DNA of 64,000 nucleotides from the NCBI GenBank assembly GCA_016935985.1, contig JAFGPW010000005.1, positions 46,815-110,814 on the forward strand, in the 5' to 3' direction. Source of the DNA: Candidatus Woesearchaeota archaeon (GTDB lineage: Archaea; Nanobdellota; Nanobdellia; Woesearchaeales; JAFGPW01). Below the pieces are notes generated by a model. That model saw only the letters and a program-made list of their open reading frames with translations, was not told the origin of the DNA and did not search any database. Below are positions 1 through 11,057 of the stretch, piece after piece. How positions within the stretch are numbered: the first letter of the stretch is position 1; every line of letters begins with the position of its first letter. Made by a program: the position numbers and the translations under genes.

Positions 1-1370
1 GTTTCTGCCTTCGACCCTGCCGGCGCAGACGAGAAGACCTCGCCGATGCAGAAGAGGTTCTGCGGGTACTCGTACTGCCGGTTCGACTCGAGCACCCCGA
101 GCACGCTCGGCAGCACCCAGGCGCGCAGGGTGTCGTAGTCGGCGGTGAGCGCGTTCTTGAGCGGGACGAGAGGAATATCCGCCCGCATGCGCGCCGTCTG
201 CGAGGCCTTGTCGGTGATGTTGTAGGTGGAGGTCTCCATGAGACCGAGCCCGACGAGTATCTCCCCGACCTTGCGCCTGAAGACCGCGGACGGGTCCTCA
301 GCGCCGATGGTCGAGACGTTCGGGATCTCGGGCTCGAAGTTCTCGTAGCCGTAGGCGATCGCGACGTCCTCGGCGAGGTCGACCTGGTGCAGGATGTCGG
401 CACGGTACGCCGGGATGAGCACCCTCCCCTTCTCATGGCCGTGACCCATCCGCGCGAGGAGCGCGACCATCTCCTTCTCGCTGAGCGAGAGCCCGAGCCT
501 GCGGTTGATGTAGCCGCAGTCGAGCGCCATCGCCCGCGGGGCGAGGTCAGGCGTGACGACGGTCCGGTCAGGATAGGCGACCCGCATGGCATGTATCTCC
601 CCGCCCATGTCGGCGAGCGCGCAGACGATCATGTTCAGGCACTGCTGGAGGGTGGGAAGGTCGTGGCCGCTGCACTCGATGAAGACCTCCCTCGTCCTCT
701 CTGAGATCTTGCCGGTGAGGTGGGAATTGATGATAGGGGGCATCGAGAGGATCGACCCTCTCGCGTCGATGAAGAGAGGATACCTCTCGGCTCCCTCGAG
801 GAGGCGGGCGTAGTCGCGGCCCTTCGGGTGCTTGGAGAGTATCTGCCTGCCGGAAAGCTCTGAGGGATATTCGAGCGGCCGGAACCTGAACGAGTCCGGC
901 GCCTTCGCTGTGTAGGTGATGGGGAGCGCGATGCCCTCGAGCGGATAGATGCCGATCGCCGCCTTCTTCCGGTTCCTGCCGAACGTGACGTGCAGCTTCT
1001 CTTGGATCTGGATGACCTCCTTGATCCGCTCGTCGTCGAAGGAGAGACCGACAACGATCGCGCACGCCGTGTACGGCCTGATGCGAGCGACCTCCTTCGT
1101 GACCGTGACCCGATAGTCCTTCTTCGGTTTCTCAACGAGGTACTGCTTGAGCCCTTCCTTCGCGCCGATGAACGCGGCGAACGCCCGAGCGAAGCCTTGC
1201 TCGGAGAGCATGTCCGGCCGGTTCGGGAACACCTCGACCACGATCTCATTACCCCCGATCCTCTCGAGGTCGGTGCCGAGCATGCTGATGCGGTCCTTGA
1301 GCCGCTCGAGCGGGAGCCGCTTCCCGACGAGCTTCTCGAACACGTCCTTGTTGAGCGTCACGGTCGGCAT
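1..1370 (-). CDS. pheT: Phenylalanyl-tRNA synthetase beta subunit (3' end runs off window)
   Basis: Read manually from ATG at 1370: MPTVTLNKDVFEKLVG...VEVFPNRPDMLSEQGFAR...QIQEKLHVTFGRNRKKAAIGIY...YRADILHQVDLAEDVAIAYGY; directly downstream of pheS. Confidence 0.95.
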   Translation of the reverse strand, partial: MPTVTLNKDVFEKLVGKRLPLERLKDRISMLGTDLERIGGNEIVVEVFPNRPDMLSEQGFARAFAAFIGAKEGLKQYLVEKPKKDYRVTVTKEVARIRPYTACAIVVGLSFDDERIKEVIQIQEKLHVTFGRNRKKAAIGIYPLEGIALPITYTAKAPDSFRFRPLEYPSELSGRQILSKHPKGRDYARLLEGAERYPLFIDARGSILSMPPIINSHLTGKISERTREVFIECSGHDLPTLQQCLNMIVCALADMGGEIHAMRVAYPDRTVVTPDLAPRAMALDCGYINRRLGLSLSEKEMVALLARMGHGHEKGRVLIPAYRADILHQVDLAEDVAIAYGYENFEPEIPNVSTIGAEDPSAVFRRKVGEILVGLGLMETSTYNITDKASQTARMRADIPLVPLKNALTADYDTLRAWVLPSVLGVLESNRQYEYPQNLFCIGEVFSSAPAGSKAE

Positions 1371-1399
1371 GGTAATATCATATCCTTTTCATAGGGCTT

Positions 1400-2953
1400 T
1401 CATCGCATCCAGTAGCGCATCTCACGCAGCTGCTTCAGGTCGTTGAGGTACAGGTCGCGGATGTCCTGTATCCCATAGTATTCCATGATCGTCCGGTCGA
1501 AGCCCGGCCCCCAGGCGAGCACCGGGATATCTTTTCCCAGGAGCGGCTCGACGACCTCGGGCCTGAATATCCCCGCGCCGCCGAGCTCAATCCAGATCTT
1601 CTTCGCCGGATGGAGAACATCGATCTCGACCGAGGGCTCGGTGTAGGAGAAGTACCCCGGCCTGAACCGCGCGTCGGGAAAACCCATCTTCATGAAGAAC
1701 TGCTTGAGATAGCCGAGCAGGTGCCTGAAGTTCGCATCAGGGTCGATCACGATCCCTTCGGTCTGATTGAACTCGAAGAGGTGCGACCAGTCCATGGTCT
1801 CGTTCCGGTAGTTCCTGCCGAGCGCGAAGTACTTGCCCGGCACCTTGACCGTGCCTTTCGCGAGCGTGAGCGCCGAGAGCACCGTCGTGTGCGTGCGGAG
1901 AACGTTCCTCTTCGCCTCCTTAGGGTCCCAGGCGTACTGCCATCCCGCGCTCCCTTCGGTCCCTGTCTCATGGGACCTCCGCACCGCGTCGACGACCTCC
2001 TTCTCGGGAAGCGTCCCGAACTCCGGCTCGCCGACGAAGAAGGTGTCCTGCATCTCCCGCACCGGATGGTCCTGCGCGGTGAAGAGGGCATCGAAGTTCC
2101 AGAAGCTCGTCTGGACAATCGGGCCGGTCATCTCCTCGAAACCCATGTCGAGCCAGACGCGTTTCGCGTAGTCGATCGCGAGGTTGACGAAATGCCGTCT
2201 CGCAGGATAGCGCTTCGGGACGTTGATCGCGACGTCGAACTGCCTGAAGACCTTCCTCTTCCAGACGCCGGAGGCGAGCATCTGAGGGGTCAGGCGCTCT
2301 GCCGGCGGCGGCGGCGATCCCCGCTTCTCGACAGAGAGGAGCGATAGCTGCCTGCCCAGCGGCGTGAGCGACACGACGCGCCTTTTCCGGATGACGACCC
2401 GCACCAAGCGCTTGCGCTTCCTGAGCGCGTCGAGCGAGTATCTCTCCTCAGGCGAGAGCTCGGCGATCTTGCGCTCGCCCTTCGCGAGGCTCTTGAGGAA
2501 CTGTTCCTCGAGCGAGTCCTTATCGACGAGACGCCTGCCCTGGTCGGTGAGGGAGATCTCGCCCTTCTCGATGGTCGCCGCCGCCTTCCCCTTCAGGATG
2601 CCGAGCGCGATGTCACGCTCATCCTTGGCGAGCTCTTCCCTCCGCACGAGGTCCTCCATAGGGATCGGCTTCTTCGCGAGGAGCAGCAGGAGCTTGCGCT
2701 CAGGGAGCCCCTCCTTCGCGACACGCCTGCCTTCGCTGTCGAGGCTGACGGTCTCGGAGATGTCGGCGGCGAGCGAGACCGCCCTGCGGTTGGCAAGCCA
2801 CTGCAGCGCCCGCATCACCTCGACCTCCTTGAGGCTTGAGGCTCTCACCAGGCCGTCGAGCGTCGTCTCCTTCCTGAGATGCGGCAGCACCGCCCGCTCG
2901 AGCGGATGGAGATTCGCGAGCAGGCGGACGAGATCGTCGGATGTGTCGGCCAT
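1400..2953 (-). CDS. pheS: Phenylalanyl-tRNA synthetase alpha subunit (archaeal type)
   Basis: FWNFDALF..QDHPVREMQDTF, LRTHTT, YRNE...HLFEFNQTEG, YFSYTEPS, ELGGAGIFRPEV. Confidence 0.97.
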   Translation of the reverse strand: MADTSDDLVRLLANLHPLERAVLPHLRKETTLDGLVRASSLKEVEVMRALQWLANRRAVSLAADISETVSLDSEGRRVAKEGLPERKLLLLLAKKPIPMEDLVRREELAKDERDIALGILKGKAAATIEKGEISLTDQGRRLVDKDSLEEQFLKSLAKGERKIAELSPEERYSLDALRKRKRLVRVVIRKRRVVSLTPLGRQLSLLSVEKRGSPPPPAERLTPQMLASGVWKRKVFRQFDVAINVPKRYPARRHFVNLAIDYAKRVWLDMGFEEMTGPIVQTSFWNFDALFTAQDHPVREMQDTFFVGEPEFGTLPEKEVVDAVRRSHETGTEGSAGWQYAWDPKEAKRNVLRTHTTVLSALTLAKGTVKVPGKYFALGRNYRNETMDWSHLFEFNQTEGIVIDPDANFRHLLGYLKQFFMKMGFPDARFRPGYFSYTEPSVEIDVLHPAKKIWIELGGAGIFRPEVVEPLLGKDIPVLAWGPGFDRTIMEYYGIQDIRDLYLNDLKQLREMRYWMR

Positions 2954-3050
2954 GCCAGGGCAGGAGCCGATGACAGTATAAAAAGGTATTGGTCAGAAGG
3001 GAAGAGGGAAAAGAAGAGAAAAATGACGGGAACAGAAATTTGTTCCCTGC

Positions 3051-3866
3051 TCACTTCGCGAGCTCTTTCGGGACCTTGAGCGACTTCCAGGCGAGGTTGA
3101 AGAGCTCGTTGAGCGCGTTCGCGAAGAACGGCGTGTTCACCCAGATGCCGATATCATAGGTCGGGTGCACCTCGGAGTCGTCCATGATCATGAAGATAAG
3201 CTCTTTGCCGTCGACGATGCTGAATCGCGCCTTGGAATCGGTGTGCCTGACCTCAGCGACCTCGCTGATGTCCTTTGCCGCAGCCATCGCCTCTTTCGTG
3301 AGGGGAGCCGCGATCCTGATCTTGACACCGCGCTTCCTGAGCAGCTCGAAGGTGGGCTTGAGCCCTTCCACCTTCCGGATGAGCCCCTGCGTCGTCGTCA
3401 TCATGGACACCGACTCCTCAGCGTTCCTGATGGTCAGCTCGAGATGGTTATAGAGGTTATGCCTGCCGCGAAGCGAGCCGGAGAGGTCGGATGGCTCGAC
3501 GAGCTCGACCCCCTGGCTGTGGAGCGAGTTGAGCTCGTTGAGGATCTCGGTCTCCCGAAGCTCCTCGAGGCGCTTGACCCGGTCTTCCGCCTCGATCTTC
3601 ATGTTCTTCTTGACCCGCTCGAGGACCTCCGACGGCGGGACCGCGATATACTTGATCGGCTTTCCCAGCTTCATGATGACGAATCCCTTCTTCTCCAGGG
3701 ATTCGAGCACATCATACGATCGGGAACGAGGGACATTCGCGATATCAGACAGCTCGCCCGCGGTCGAGACTCCGCGTGACAGGAGCGCAGCCCATATCTT
3801 TACTTCATACAGGTTCAGAGAAAAATAGCGTCGCAGTTTACTCAAAAACTCTTCTTTCACTATCAT
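3051..3866 (-). CDS. TrmB-family transcription regulator/chromatin protein (copy 1)
   Basis: TrmB wHTH (LNLYEVKIWAALL...TAGELSDIANVPRSRSYDVLESLEKKGF) and PLD-like C-terminal domain (RKRGVKIRI...ARFSIVDGKE). Confidence 0.9.
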   Translation of the reverse strand: MIVKEEFLSKLRRYFSLNLYEVKIWAALLSRGVSTAGELSDIANVPRSRSYDVLESLEKKGFVIMKLGKPIKYIAVPPSEVLERVKKNMKIEAEDRVKRLEELRETEILNELNSLHSQGVELVEPSDLSGSLRGRHNLYNHLELTIRNAEESVSMMTTTQGLIRKVEGLKPTFELLRKRGVKIRIAAPLTKEAMAAAKDISEVAEVRHTDSKARFSIVDGKELIFMIMDDSEVHPTYDIGIWVNTPFFANALNELFNLAWKSLKVPKELAK

Positions 3867-4259
3867 GTATCTCCCCCCCTCTTTTTTGCGAGTGTTAACT
3901 CGGCTCTATGGCAAAAACGGAGGACTACTATTAAAATATTACGTTTTTTTACTGCTCGTGAGTGCGTATCTCAGCCAGAGGAGGCCATTTCTTCCCTTTC
4001 GAGTCGAAACAAGTAATTTCCGAGTAGTAAATTTATTTATCTCTATGCGATGATGATGCTTCAGGAATATAAAAATTTTTTCTTTTGAACAGTGGTAAAA
4101 ATTCAATCGCCGAAAATAACCATGGATTGGTCATTAGATGATGACAAACATTCTGCAGAATTAAACAGTGGTGCCGGCAGGTCATCATTGGGCAAGAAGT
4201 GATGCCTCGCAGAGGCAGGAAGAAGGAAGGGATGAAAAAAATGATGCAGGCGAGCCTGA

Positions 4260-6248
4260 TCAGATAAGCAGCCCGCCATAGGCGAGGAAGAGCGGCACGA
4301 AGATGAGCGCGACGATGCTCATGAGCTTGATCAGGATGTTAAGGGACGGCCCTGAGGTGTCCTTGAACGGGTCGCCGACCGTATCCCCCACAACCGCCGC
4401 CTTGTGCGGATCCGACCCTTTGCCGCCGAGGTTGCCCTCCTCGATGTATTTCTTGGCGTTGTCCCAGGCGCCGCCTGAGTTCGCCATGAACACCGCGAGC
4501 AGGAACCCGGTCGCGATCGTCCCTACGAGCAGCCCGCCGAGCGCCTCGAGGCCGAGCAGCAGCCCGACCGCTATCGGGACGAGGATCGCGAGCAGGCCGG
4601 GGACCACCATCTCGTAGAGCGCTGCATGGGTCGAGATCATCACGCACCGCCTGTAGTCAGGCTTCACTTTCCCCTGCATGAGCCCCTTGATGGTTGTGAA
4701 CTGGCGCCGCACCTCAGTCACCATCTGGAACGCGGCCTTCCCCACCGCGCGCATGGTGAGCGCCGAGAAGACGAACGGCAGCACCGCGCCGATGAAGAGG
4801 CCGACGATGACCACCGGCTCGGTCACCGATATCACCGTGATGCCGGCGACGCCCGTGAACGAGGCGAAGAGCGCGAGCGCGGTGAGCGCGGCCGAACCGA
4901 TCGCAAAACCCTTGCCGATCGCGGCTGTCGTGTTCCCGACCGCATCGAGCGCCTCCGCCCGCTTGCGCACCTCAGGGCCCATCCTCGCCATCTCGGCGAT
5001 GCCTGCCGCGTTGTCGGCGACAGGGCCGTAGGTGTCGGTCGCGAGCGTGATGCCGAGGGTCGAGAGCATACCGACTGCGGCGATCGCGATGCCGTAGAGG
5101 CCAGCGAGCTGGTAGGCGACGAGGATCGCGACGCAGACCGCGAGCGCCGGGATGACGGTCGATATCATCCCCACCGCGAGGCCGTCGATGATGTTCGTCG
5201 CGGCGCCGGTCTTCGAGGCCTCGGCGATACCCCTCGCCGGCTTCCTGTCCGCCGAGGTGTAGTATTCTGTCGAGAGCCCTATCACGATGCCGGAAGCGAG
5301 CCCCACGAGCGCCGCCCAATAGACGTCGAGGGTCGCGAACATCGAGCGGACGAGGAAGAAGGATCCGATCGCCATCAGGATCGCCGCCGCGAAGATGCCC
5401 CGGTTGAGCGCGGCATGGATCCTGCGGTCATCCTTCACCCTGACGAAGAGTGTGCCGACGATCGAGCAGGCGATGCCGAGACCAGCGAGGAGCAGCGGCA
5501 GCATGACGCCGCCCTCCCCCGAGATCGCGACCATGCCGATCACCATCGCGGCGATGATGGAGTCGACATAGCTCTCGAAGAGGTCGGCTCCCATGCCGGC
5601 GACGTCACCCACGTTGTCGCCCACGTTGTCGGCGATCACCGCAGGATTGCGCGGGTCGTCCTCAGGGATGCCTGCCTCCACCTTGCCGACGAGGTCCGCC
5701 CCGACGTCCGCCGCCTTCGTGTAGATGCCGCCGCCGACGCGCGCGAAGAGCGCTATCGACGACGCGCCGAACCCGAAGCCGTACACGATGTTCGGGTCGC
5801 GGAAGATGAGGTAGAGGATAGTGACTCCGAGGAGACCGAGGCCCACCACGATGTTGCCCATCACCGCGCCACTCGAGAACGCCACCTTCAATCCGTCGCC
5901 GAGCGACCTCTTGGCGGCGACCGCAGTCCGGAAGTTGGCCGCTGTCGCGATCCGCATGCCGAGGTTCCCCGCGAGCACGGAGAATATCGCGCCGAACACG
6001 AACGAGACGGCGATGCCCCAGCCGTCGGGCCTGATGAGCGTGCCGAGCACGAGCGCCACCACGACCACGAAGACCAGGAGTATCCTGTATTCGCTCATCA
6101 GGAAGGTCATCGCGCCTTCCCGGATGGCGCAGGCGATGTCCTGGACCTCCGTGGGCCCCTTGTCGTTGCGCGAGATCCTCCAGGAGAGGAATCCCGCATA
6201 GGCGAGCGCGAGCGTGCTCGCGAGAATCGCATAGCCATATACCATCAT
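4260..6248 (-). CDS. hppA: Membrane-bound pyrophosphatase, K+-dependent, probably Na+-translocating
   Basis: [49 protein letters not shown]; many TM helices. Confidence 0.95.
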   Translation of the reverse strand: MMVYGYAILASTLALAYAGFLSWRISRNDKGPTEVQDIACAIREGAMTFLMSEYRILLVFVVVVALVLGTLIRPDGWGIAVSFVFGAIFSVLAGNLGMRIATAANFRTAVAAKRSLGDGLKVAFSSGAVMGNIVVGLGLLGVTILYLIFRDPNIVYGFGFGASSIALFARVGGGIYTKAADVGADLVGKVEAGIPEDDPRNPAVIADNVGDNVGDVAGMGADLFESYVDSIIAAMVIGMVAISGEGGVMLPLLLAGLGIACSIVGTLFVRVKDDRRIHAALNRGIFAAAILMAIGSFFLVRSMFATLDVYWAALVGLASGIVIGLSTEYYTSADRKPARGIAEASKTGAATNIIDGLAVGMISTVIPALAVCVAILVAYQLAGLYGIAIAAVGMLSTLGITLATDTYGPVADNAAGIAEMARMGPEVRKRAEALDAVGNTTAAIGKGFAIGSAALTALALFASFTGVAGITVISVTEPVVIVGLFIGAVLPFVFSALTMRAVGKAAFQMVTEVRRQFTTIKGLMQGKVKPDYRRCVMISTHAALYEMVVPGLLAILVPIAVGLLLGLEALGGLLVGTIATGFLLAVFMANSGGAWDNAKKYIEEGNLGGKGSDPHKAAVVGDTVGDPFKDTSGPSLNILIKLMSIVALIFVPLFLAYGGLLI

Positions 6249-6406
6249 CCACTACCCCCCATGATACCGTATCAATGCCGCCCGACGCGCTGGAAATCAG
6301 GCACGATACCGTGTGCCAGGCAGGAGGGGTCACTGGAGGGGAGATATAAAAAGGTTGCGGGAAACAGACGGCAAAAGGGGCGATACAAGGGATGATAGGG
6401 GGCCTC

Positions 6407-7480
6407 TCACGTGCTGAAGACGTAGCGCAGGAGCGCGCCGATGCCGCCGACGCCGTCCAGGCGCCTGCCCGCGTCGTTGGCGGACTCTATGATATGGACC
6501 GTCCCTTTGCCTGCCTCGGCGGCGAGCATCGCGCGCTCCACCTCGCCGTAGCTGCCCTTCTCCCGTGATGAGGCGATCAGGCCGTCGGTGACGAGGAGAG
6601 CCTCGACCGCGCCTGCGACAGCAGCTGCCGTCACCTGCTCCCTGCCATAAGCCGCTTTCCCGCCAGCGGCTATCCCGGCGAAGAGGAGGTCGACCTGCCT
6701 GAGCTGGGCGGCCGCATGGGAATCGGCGAGCGCCACCGCGGTCTCGGGGCGCCTGAGAACCTCGTTGACGCCCGGCTCTCCGACATGGTTCGTGGTCGCG
6801 GCGAGGATCTTCCCCTTGAGCGAAGCGTCGGTGATGCCTGCGATGAAGTCCTCCTTGAAGAAGCCAGGCGAGGCGACGATGATCCTCGCCGGATCGTGAC
6901 GCCGGGCGAGTTCCGCGAGCTTCTTCTCGAGCTCGAGGTAGAGGTTGTTCCGGGTGACCGAAGGGTCGCCCTTCTTCGGGACTGCCGCAGTGAGCGAGAC
7001 GAGGGTCTCGAAGCCCTGCCGCGTGATCCGAGCGACCATCGCCTCCTCGCGGTCCATGACGCAGACGAGGACTCCAGGGCCCCTGCGCCCTTCCGCCTCC
7101 TCGAGCCTGGCCAGCTGGAAGGAGAGCCAGCGGCGCTTGGTGAGGGTCACTGTGGTGCCGGGGGTGATCGCGAAGGAATGGTGCGTGCCGCGAGGGATGT
7201 CCTCAGGGCCGTCGGTGATGGTGCCGAGGGCCCGCAGGGTATCGCCGTGCGTGAAGGCCTCGACCTTCTCGACTGTGATCGTGAGCCTGACCGGCTTCCG
7301 TGATGCTACCTGGCCTCGCTCGTCGGGCTCGCCTGATCTCATCTTGCGCAGCGTCCTTCCGCTGAGACGGTCGCCGGGATCAATCGCCTGGGAGAGGTAC
7401 CAGAGGTCATCGATATCCTCGACCGTGAGCGTGACCTCCCCTTCGCCGTCCTTCGCTATCTTGCGGGCGATCCGTTTCAT
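6407..7480 (-). CDS. pelA: Pelota/Dom34 ribosome rescue factor
   Basis: DDLWYL, VEKVE...LRALGTI...HHSF, ASPGFFKE, AAYGREQV, GGIGALLRY. Confidence 0.93.
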   Translation of the reverse strand: MKRIARKIAKDGEGEVTLTVEDIDDLWYLSQAIDPGDRLSGRTLRKMRSGEPDERGQVASRKPVRLTITVEKVEAFTHGDTLRALGTITDGPEDIPRGTHHSFAITPGTTVTLTKRRWLSFQLARLEEAEGRRGPGVLVCVMDREEAMVARITRQGFETLVSLTAAVPKKGDPSVTRNNLYLELEKKLAELARRHDPARIIVASPGFFKEDFIAGITDASLKGKILAATTNHVGEPGVNEVLRRPETAVALADSHAAAQLRQVDLLFAGIAAGGKAAYGREQVTAAAVAGAVEALLVTDGLIASSREKGSYGEVERAMLAAEAGKGTVHIIESANDAGRRLDGVGGIGALLRYVFST

Positions 7481-7659
7481 GGGATGATGATTCTGGGGCA
7501 GGGTATAAAAGGGTTGCGGCGACCCGGCAGGGGCGGGGGAGCATCCCCTTGGCGTGGTGGTGAAAATAGAAAAACATTTAAAGAGAGAAGGCGAGAACAG
7601 GAGTACGCGGGAGCCAGGCGACTCGTCTGAGCTCTCAAGACCCCCGATGGTGATACGCT

Positions 7660-8841
7660 ATGCATAAGAGAGGCCAGTCCGGCTCCGGAGCCGCAACCCT
7701 TGTCCTTATCATCACAGGCCTGATTATCCTCTATGTCCTGTTCCTGCCGGCTGACGTCCGCGAGGACCTCCTCGAAGGGAATGAGAGCCAGGGTAACATC
7801 CTCGGCGAGGACAAGAACCTCACGCTCCTCTGGGAGAGCCCAGGCAGGCTCGACTACCTGAAGCTCGACGAGTATGAGCACAACATCCCGTCGGTCTACC
7901 TTTCGACGTCCACGAGCTCCCAGATGCTCAAGCGCATCAACTCGGTCTACGTACGGAACGGAATGTTCGACACCCAGTTCAAGAACACGACCTTCTCGGC
8001 GGACGACGTCGAGAACCTCGACAACATCCTGCTCACCTTCTCGGCGACCAAGCGCAGGGGGACCCTCTCGGTCCTGCTGAACGGCGAGACGGTCTACGAG
8101 GCTCCGCTCGCGAGCCAGACGCCGCCGCCGATCCATCTCGAAAAAAGGCTGCTCAGGCAGGAGAACACCCTCGAATTCCGCGTCTCCGGCGTCGGCTGGC
8201 GTTTCTGGAGCACGAACGAGTACGTGCTCGAGGACGTGATGATCGTGGGCGACGTGACGGACATCACGCAGCAGAAGTCCCGCAACGTCTTCACGCTCTC
8301 GGACACTGAGCATTATAACCTCAACGAGGCGCGCCTGGTATTCCTGCCCGACTGCACGCCGTCGGCAGTGGGGACGCTCAACGTCTACATCAACAACAGG
8401 AACATCTATTCGGCGAAGCCCGACTGCGGTTCGCTCCGGCCGATCGAGTTCTCGACCTCGCTCCTGAACGCCGGGGAGAACAACGTGGTCTTCTCGAGCG
8501 AGAAGGGGAGCTTCCTCATCGACCGGATAGCGGTGAAGACCGAGCTTAAGGAGATCGTCTATCCGGTCTACTACTTCGACATCAACAGCTCGCTCATCAG
8601 GGATATCATGGACGACAGGGTCGATGTCAACCTCTCGATCGAGTTCATAGACGACAACAAGAACAAGCGCGTCGAGCTCAACGTCAACGGCCATCGGACC
8701 TTCATCGAGACCGACGAGCCCCTCTACTCGCGGCTCCTCGACCGCTATGTCGAGGAGCGCAACAACTGGATCCAGTTCATCCCCTACCGCGACGCGATCG
8801 ACATCGTCGAGTTCAGGGTCATACTCGAAGAGAAGGATTAG
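7660..8841 (+). CDS. Secreted beta-rich protein with class III (prepilin-like) signal peptide
   Basis: MHKRG/QSGSGAATLVLIITGLIILYVLF; GGTGA SD-like sequence upstream; beta-strand-rich body with N-x-S/T sequons. Confidence 0.7.
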   Translation: MHKRGQSGSGAATLVLIITGLIILYVLFLPADVREDLLEGNESQGNILGEDKNLTLLWESPGRLDYLKLDEYEHNIPSVYLSTSTSSQMLKRINSVYVRNGMFDTQFKNTTFSADDVENLDNILLTFSATKRRGTLSVLLNGETVYEAPLASQTPPPIHLEKRLLRQENTLEFRVSGVGWRFWSTNEYVLEDVMIVGDVTDITQQKSRNVFTLSDTEHYNLNEARLVFLPDCTPSAVGTLNVYINNRNIYSAKPDCGSLRPIEFSTSLLNAGENNVVFSSEKGSFLIDRIAVKTELKEIVYPVYYFDINSSLIRDIMDDRVDVNLSIEFIDDNKNKRVELNVNGHRTFIETDEPLYSRLLDRYVEERNNWIQFIPYRDAIDIVEFRVILEEKD

Positions 8842-8894
8842 GGCACGCGATAGTCATCGCTTCTCGGCCCGCGCAAAAAAAGAGGTCGCCATGT

Positions 8895-11057
8895 ATGGCA
8901 GGTGAAGAAAGCAGCGCGAAGGATAGGGCACGGTTTCTCGAGGCGATGCGCGGCAGGGCGCAGTACCACGCCCAGAACATCAAGGTCAACGTGAACGAGC
9001 GCTTCGACGGCCTGAAGGAGGCCTTCCGCCAGAAGATCAGCGCCCCGAAAGAGTTCATCCAAAACAAAATCGAGGACCATCGGGAGCGGCAACGGCTGTA
9101 TTCTCTCATCAGCTCCGGGACCGAGGAAGAGAGGCGTGAGGCGCACGCCGCGCTGCAGCAGATGAAGGCCGAGGACAGTGAGGCGAGGAGCGAGCGGTGG
9201 GCATCCCGTCGGGAGTCAATGCGTGAGGGCATGGCGAGCGCCCGAGCGGCGGCGAGCGCGGTCGGCTCGAGGGTCGCGAGCGGGGCGGCTGCCGGCTGGC
9301 ATGGCGCGAAGCGCGCCGGGAGTGCCATCAACCGCATCACGAACGTCACGAACGTCAAGGACACGGTGGTGGCGGCCGGCCAGTGGACATTCCAGAAGCT
9401 CGCGTTCCTCGGGCTCATCCTCATCATCGTCTTCCTCGTCGCCTACTTCGGCCCCTGGGTGTGGGTGAACTACGGCACCCAGGTCCAGGATGCTATCCTT
9501 GACCTTCCCAACTTCGTCAACAACCTCTGGCAGAAGACGGACAAGCAGATACAGGACACCTGGGAAAAGCAGTTCGCGTACGCGACCGGCGACTACTTCA
9601 CCGGCGAGGTCGAGGACTCGTTGGAGGAGCCCATCGGCGTCTACCTGGAGGATATGGAGCAGGCGGACCAGAACTACAAGGAAGGGGAGCCCGTGATCGT
9701 CTGGGCGACGGTGCGGGCGAAGACGCTCCGCGACACGCCGGTCACGATACTGTTCAAGTGCAACGCGACCGAGTACGGCCACAAGACGCGAGGGGCGGTG
9801 GTCCCGGACCAGATCATCGTACTCACGCAGGAGGAGGAAGACGTGCTGTGCACCTTCGACAACGACAATCTCCTTGAGGGCGGCGTCCAAAAGGTACTCA
9901 TCGCCGCCAACTTCACCTTCAAGACCATGGCGTACGTCAGGACCTACTTCATGGACCAGGACCGGCTGCGCAGCATGCTCAGGGAGGACATCGACATCGC
10001 CGCCTACTTCGGGCTCATCGACCTCAATCCGATAGCCATCTACACGCCTGGCCCGATCTCCCTTGGTATGGACACCAAGGAGCCGCCGATCGGCATCGCC
10101 ACGACCGGCCAGGGCTACGGCGTCAGCAGGCTCGGCGTCACCATCGACAACGCGCAGGACGGCGTCGTCAAGAAGATCAGGAGCGTCAAGATTTATGTCC
10201 CGGACTCTATGGACATCAACATCGGCGCCGGCACGCCCCAGGACAGGGGACTGTGCTCGCACGCCTTCGTCGCGAGCCCGATCCAGGACCAGCCGGGCTA
10301 CAACGCGTATGAGCTCTCGCAGGAGGAGCTCGACCGGCCCAAGGAGTTCGACACCTTCCAGTCCTTCTCCTGCAGGGTGAACATCCAGGACCCGCAGGGG
10401 GTGCTCAACGGCCAGCCGATCGCGATCCAGTACTTCAAGGCGGTGGTGGAGTACGACTACGAGCTCCAGGAGACCATCAATGTCAGGGTGATGGAGGACC
10501 ACAACGACTACATCCAGGACACCAAGGACAATGCCAACTGCAACAACCGGGTGAACGACGGCGAGACCTGCGGAAGCAGCACGTACAAGGTGTGCGACTT
10601 CGACGAGACGGCGCTCACCGGCAACTGCGTCTCCAAATGCGTCTACTGCGGACGGCCGGAGAACGAGCAGAAGACCATCTGCACCGTAACGCGCACGAAC
10701 ATCGGCCCGGATTGGGATTGCCTGTGCCGGACCTGCCCGACCCAAGGGGAGTATGCCGACGATTGCGTCAAATTCCTCTGCCCCGGCTCGCCAGTCTGCT
10801 GCTCCGAGGAGATGGCGGCGAACGAGACGATGCGGGCGGTCAACATCTCGAACGGCTTCGCCTGCCTCTACGACACCCAGTGCACGAGCGGCCACTGTGG
10901 GACCTGCCCTGGCCAGGGCTGCCGGTTCTGCTGCGACACCAGCCAGTGCGCCGCTACCGGCCAGCCTAACTGCGTGCCGGACGGCTTCACCAAATGGTTC
11001 GGCGGCACCGAATTCACCTGTAGCGGAGGCGCGTGGAGCGGAGGCGCGCAAGGATGA
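8895..11057 (+). CDS. Membrane-anchored surface protein: charged cytoplasmic N-terminus, one TM, beta domains, Cys-rich C-terminus
   Basis: 720-aa ORF with coding-like codon usage; TM LAFLGLILIIVFLVAYF; Cys-dense last ~170 aa. Confidence 0.75.
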   Translation: MAGEESSAKDRARFLEAMRGRAQYHAQNIKVNVNERFDGLKEAFRQKISAPKEFIQNKIEDHRERQRLYSLISSGTEEERREAHAALQQMKAEDSEARSERWASRRESMREGMASARAAASAVGSRVASGAAAGWHGAKRAGSAINRITNVTNVKDTVVAAGQWTFQKLAFLGLILIIVFLVAYFGPWVWVNYGTQVQDAILDLPNFVNNLWQKTDKQIQDTWEKQFAYATGDYFTGEVEDSLEEPIGVYLEDMEQADQNYKEGEPVIVWATVRAKTLRDTPVTILFKCNATEYGHKTRGAVVPDQIIVLTQEEEDVLCTFDNDNLLEGGVQKVLIAANFTFKTMAYVRTYFMDQDRLRSMLREDIDIAAYFGLIDLNPIAIYTPGPISLGMDTKEPPIGIATTGQGYGVSRLGVTIDNAQDGVVKKIRSVKIYVPDSMDINIGAGTPQDRGLCSHAFVASPIQDQPGYNAYELSQEELDRPKEFDTFQSFSCRVNIQDPQGVLNGQPIAIQYFKAVVEYDYELQETINVRVMEDHNDYIQDTKDNANCNNRVNDGETCGSSTYKVCDFDETALTGNCVSKCVYCGRPENEQKTICTVTRTNIGPDWDCLCRTCPTQGEYADDCVKFLCPGSPVCCSEEMAANETMRAVNISNGFACLYDTQCTSGHCGTCPGQGCRFCCDTSQCAATGQPNCVPDGFTKWFGGTEFTCSGGAWSGGAQG

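Noticed and set aside
3870-4255. AT-rich intergenic region as a possible origin or ncRNA
   Set aside because: No ORB-like elements or convincing structure; explained by promoter and terminator sequence.
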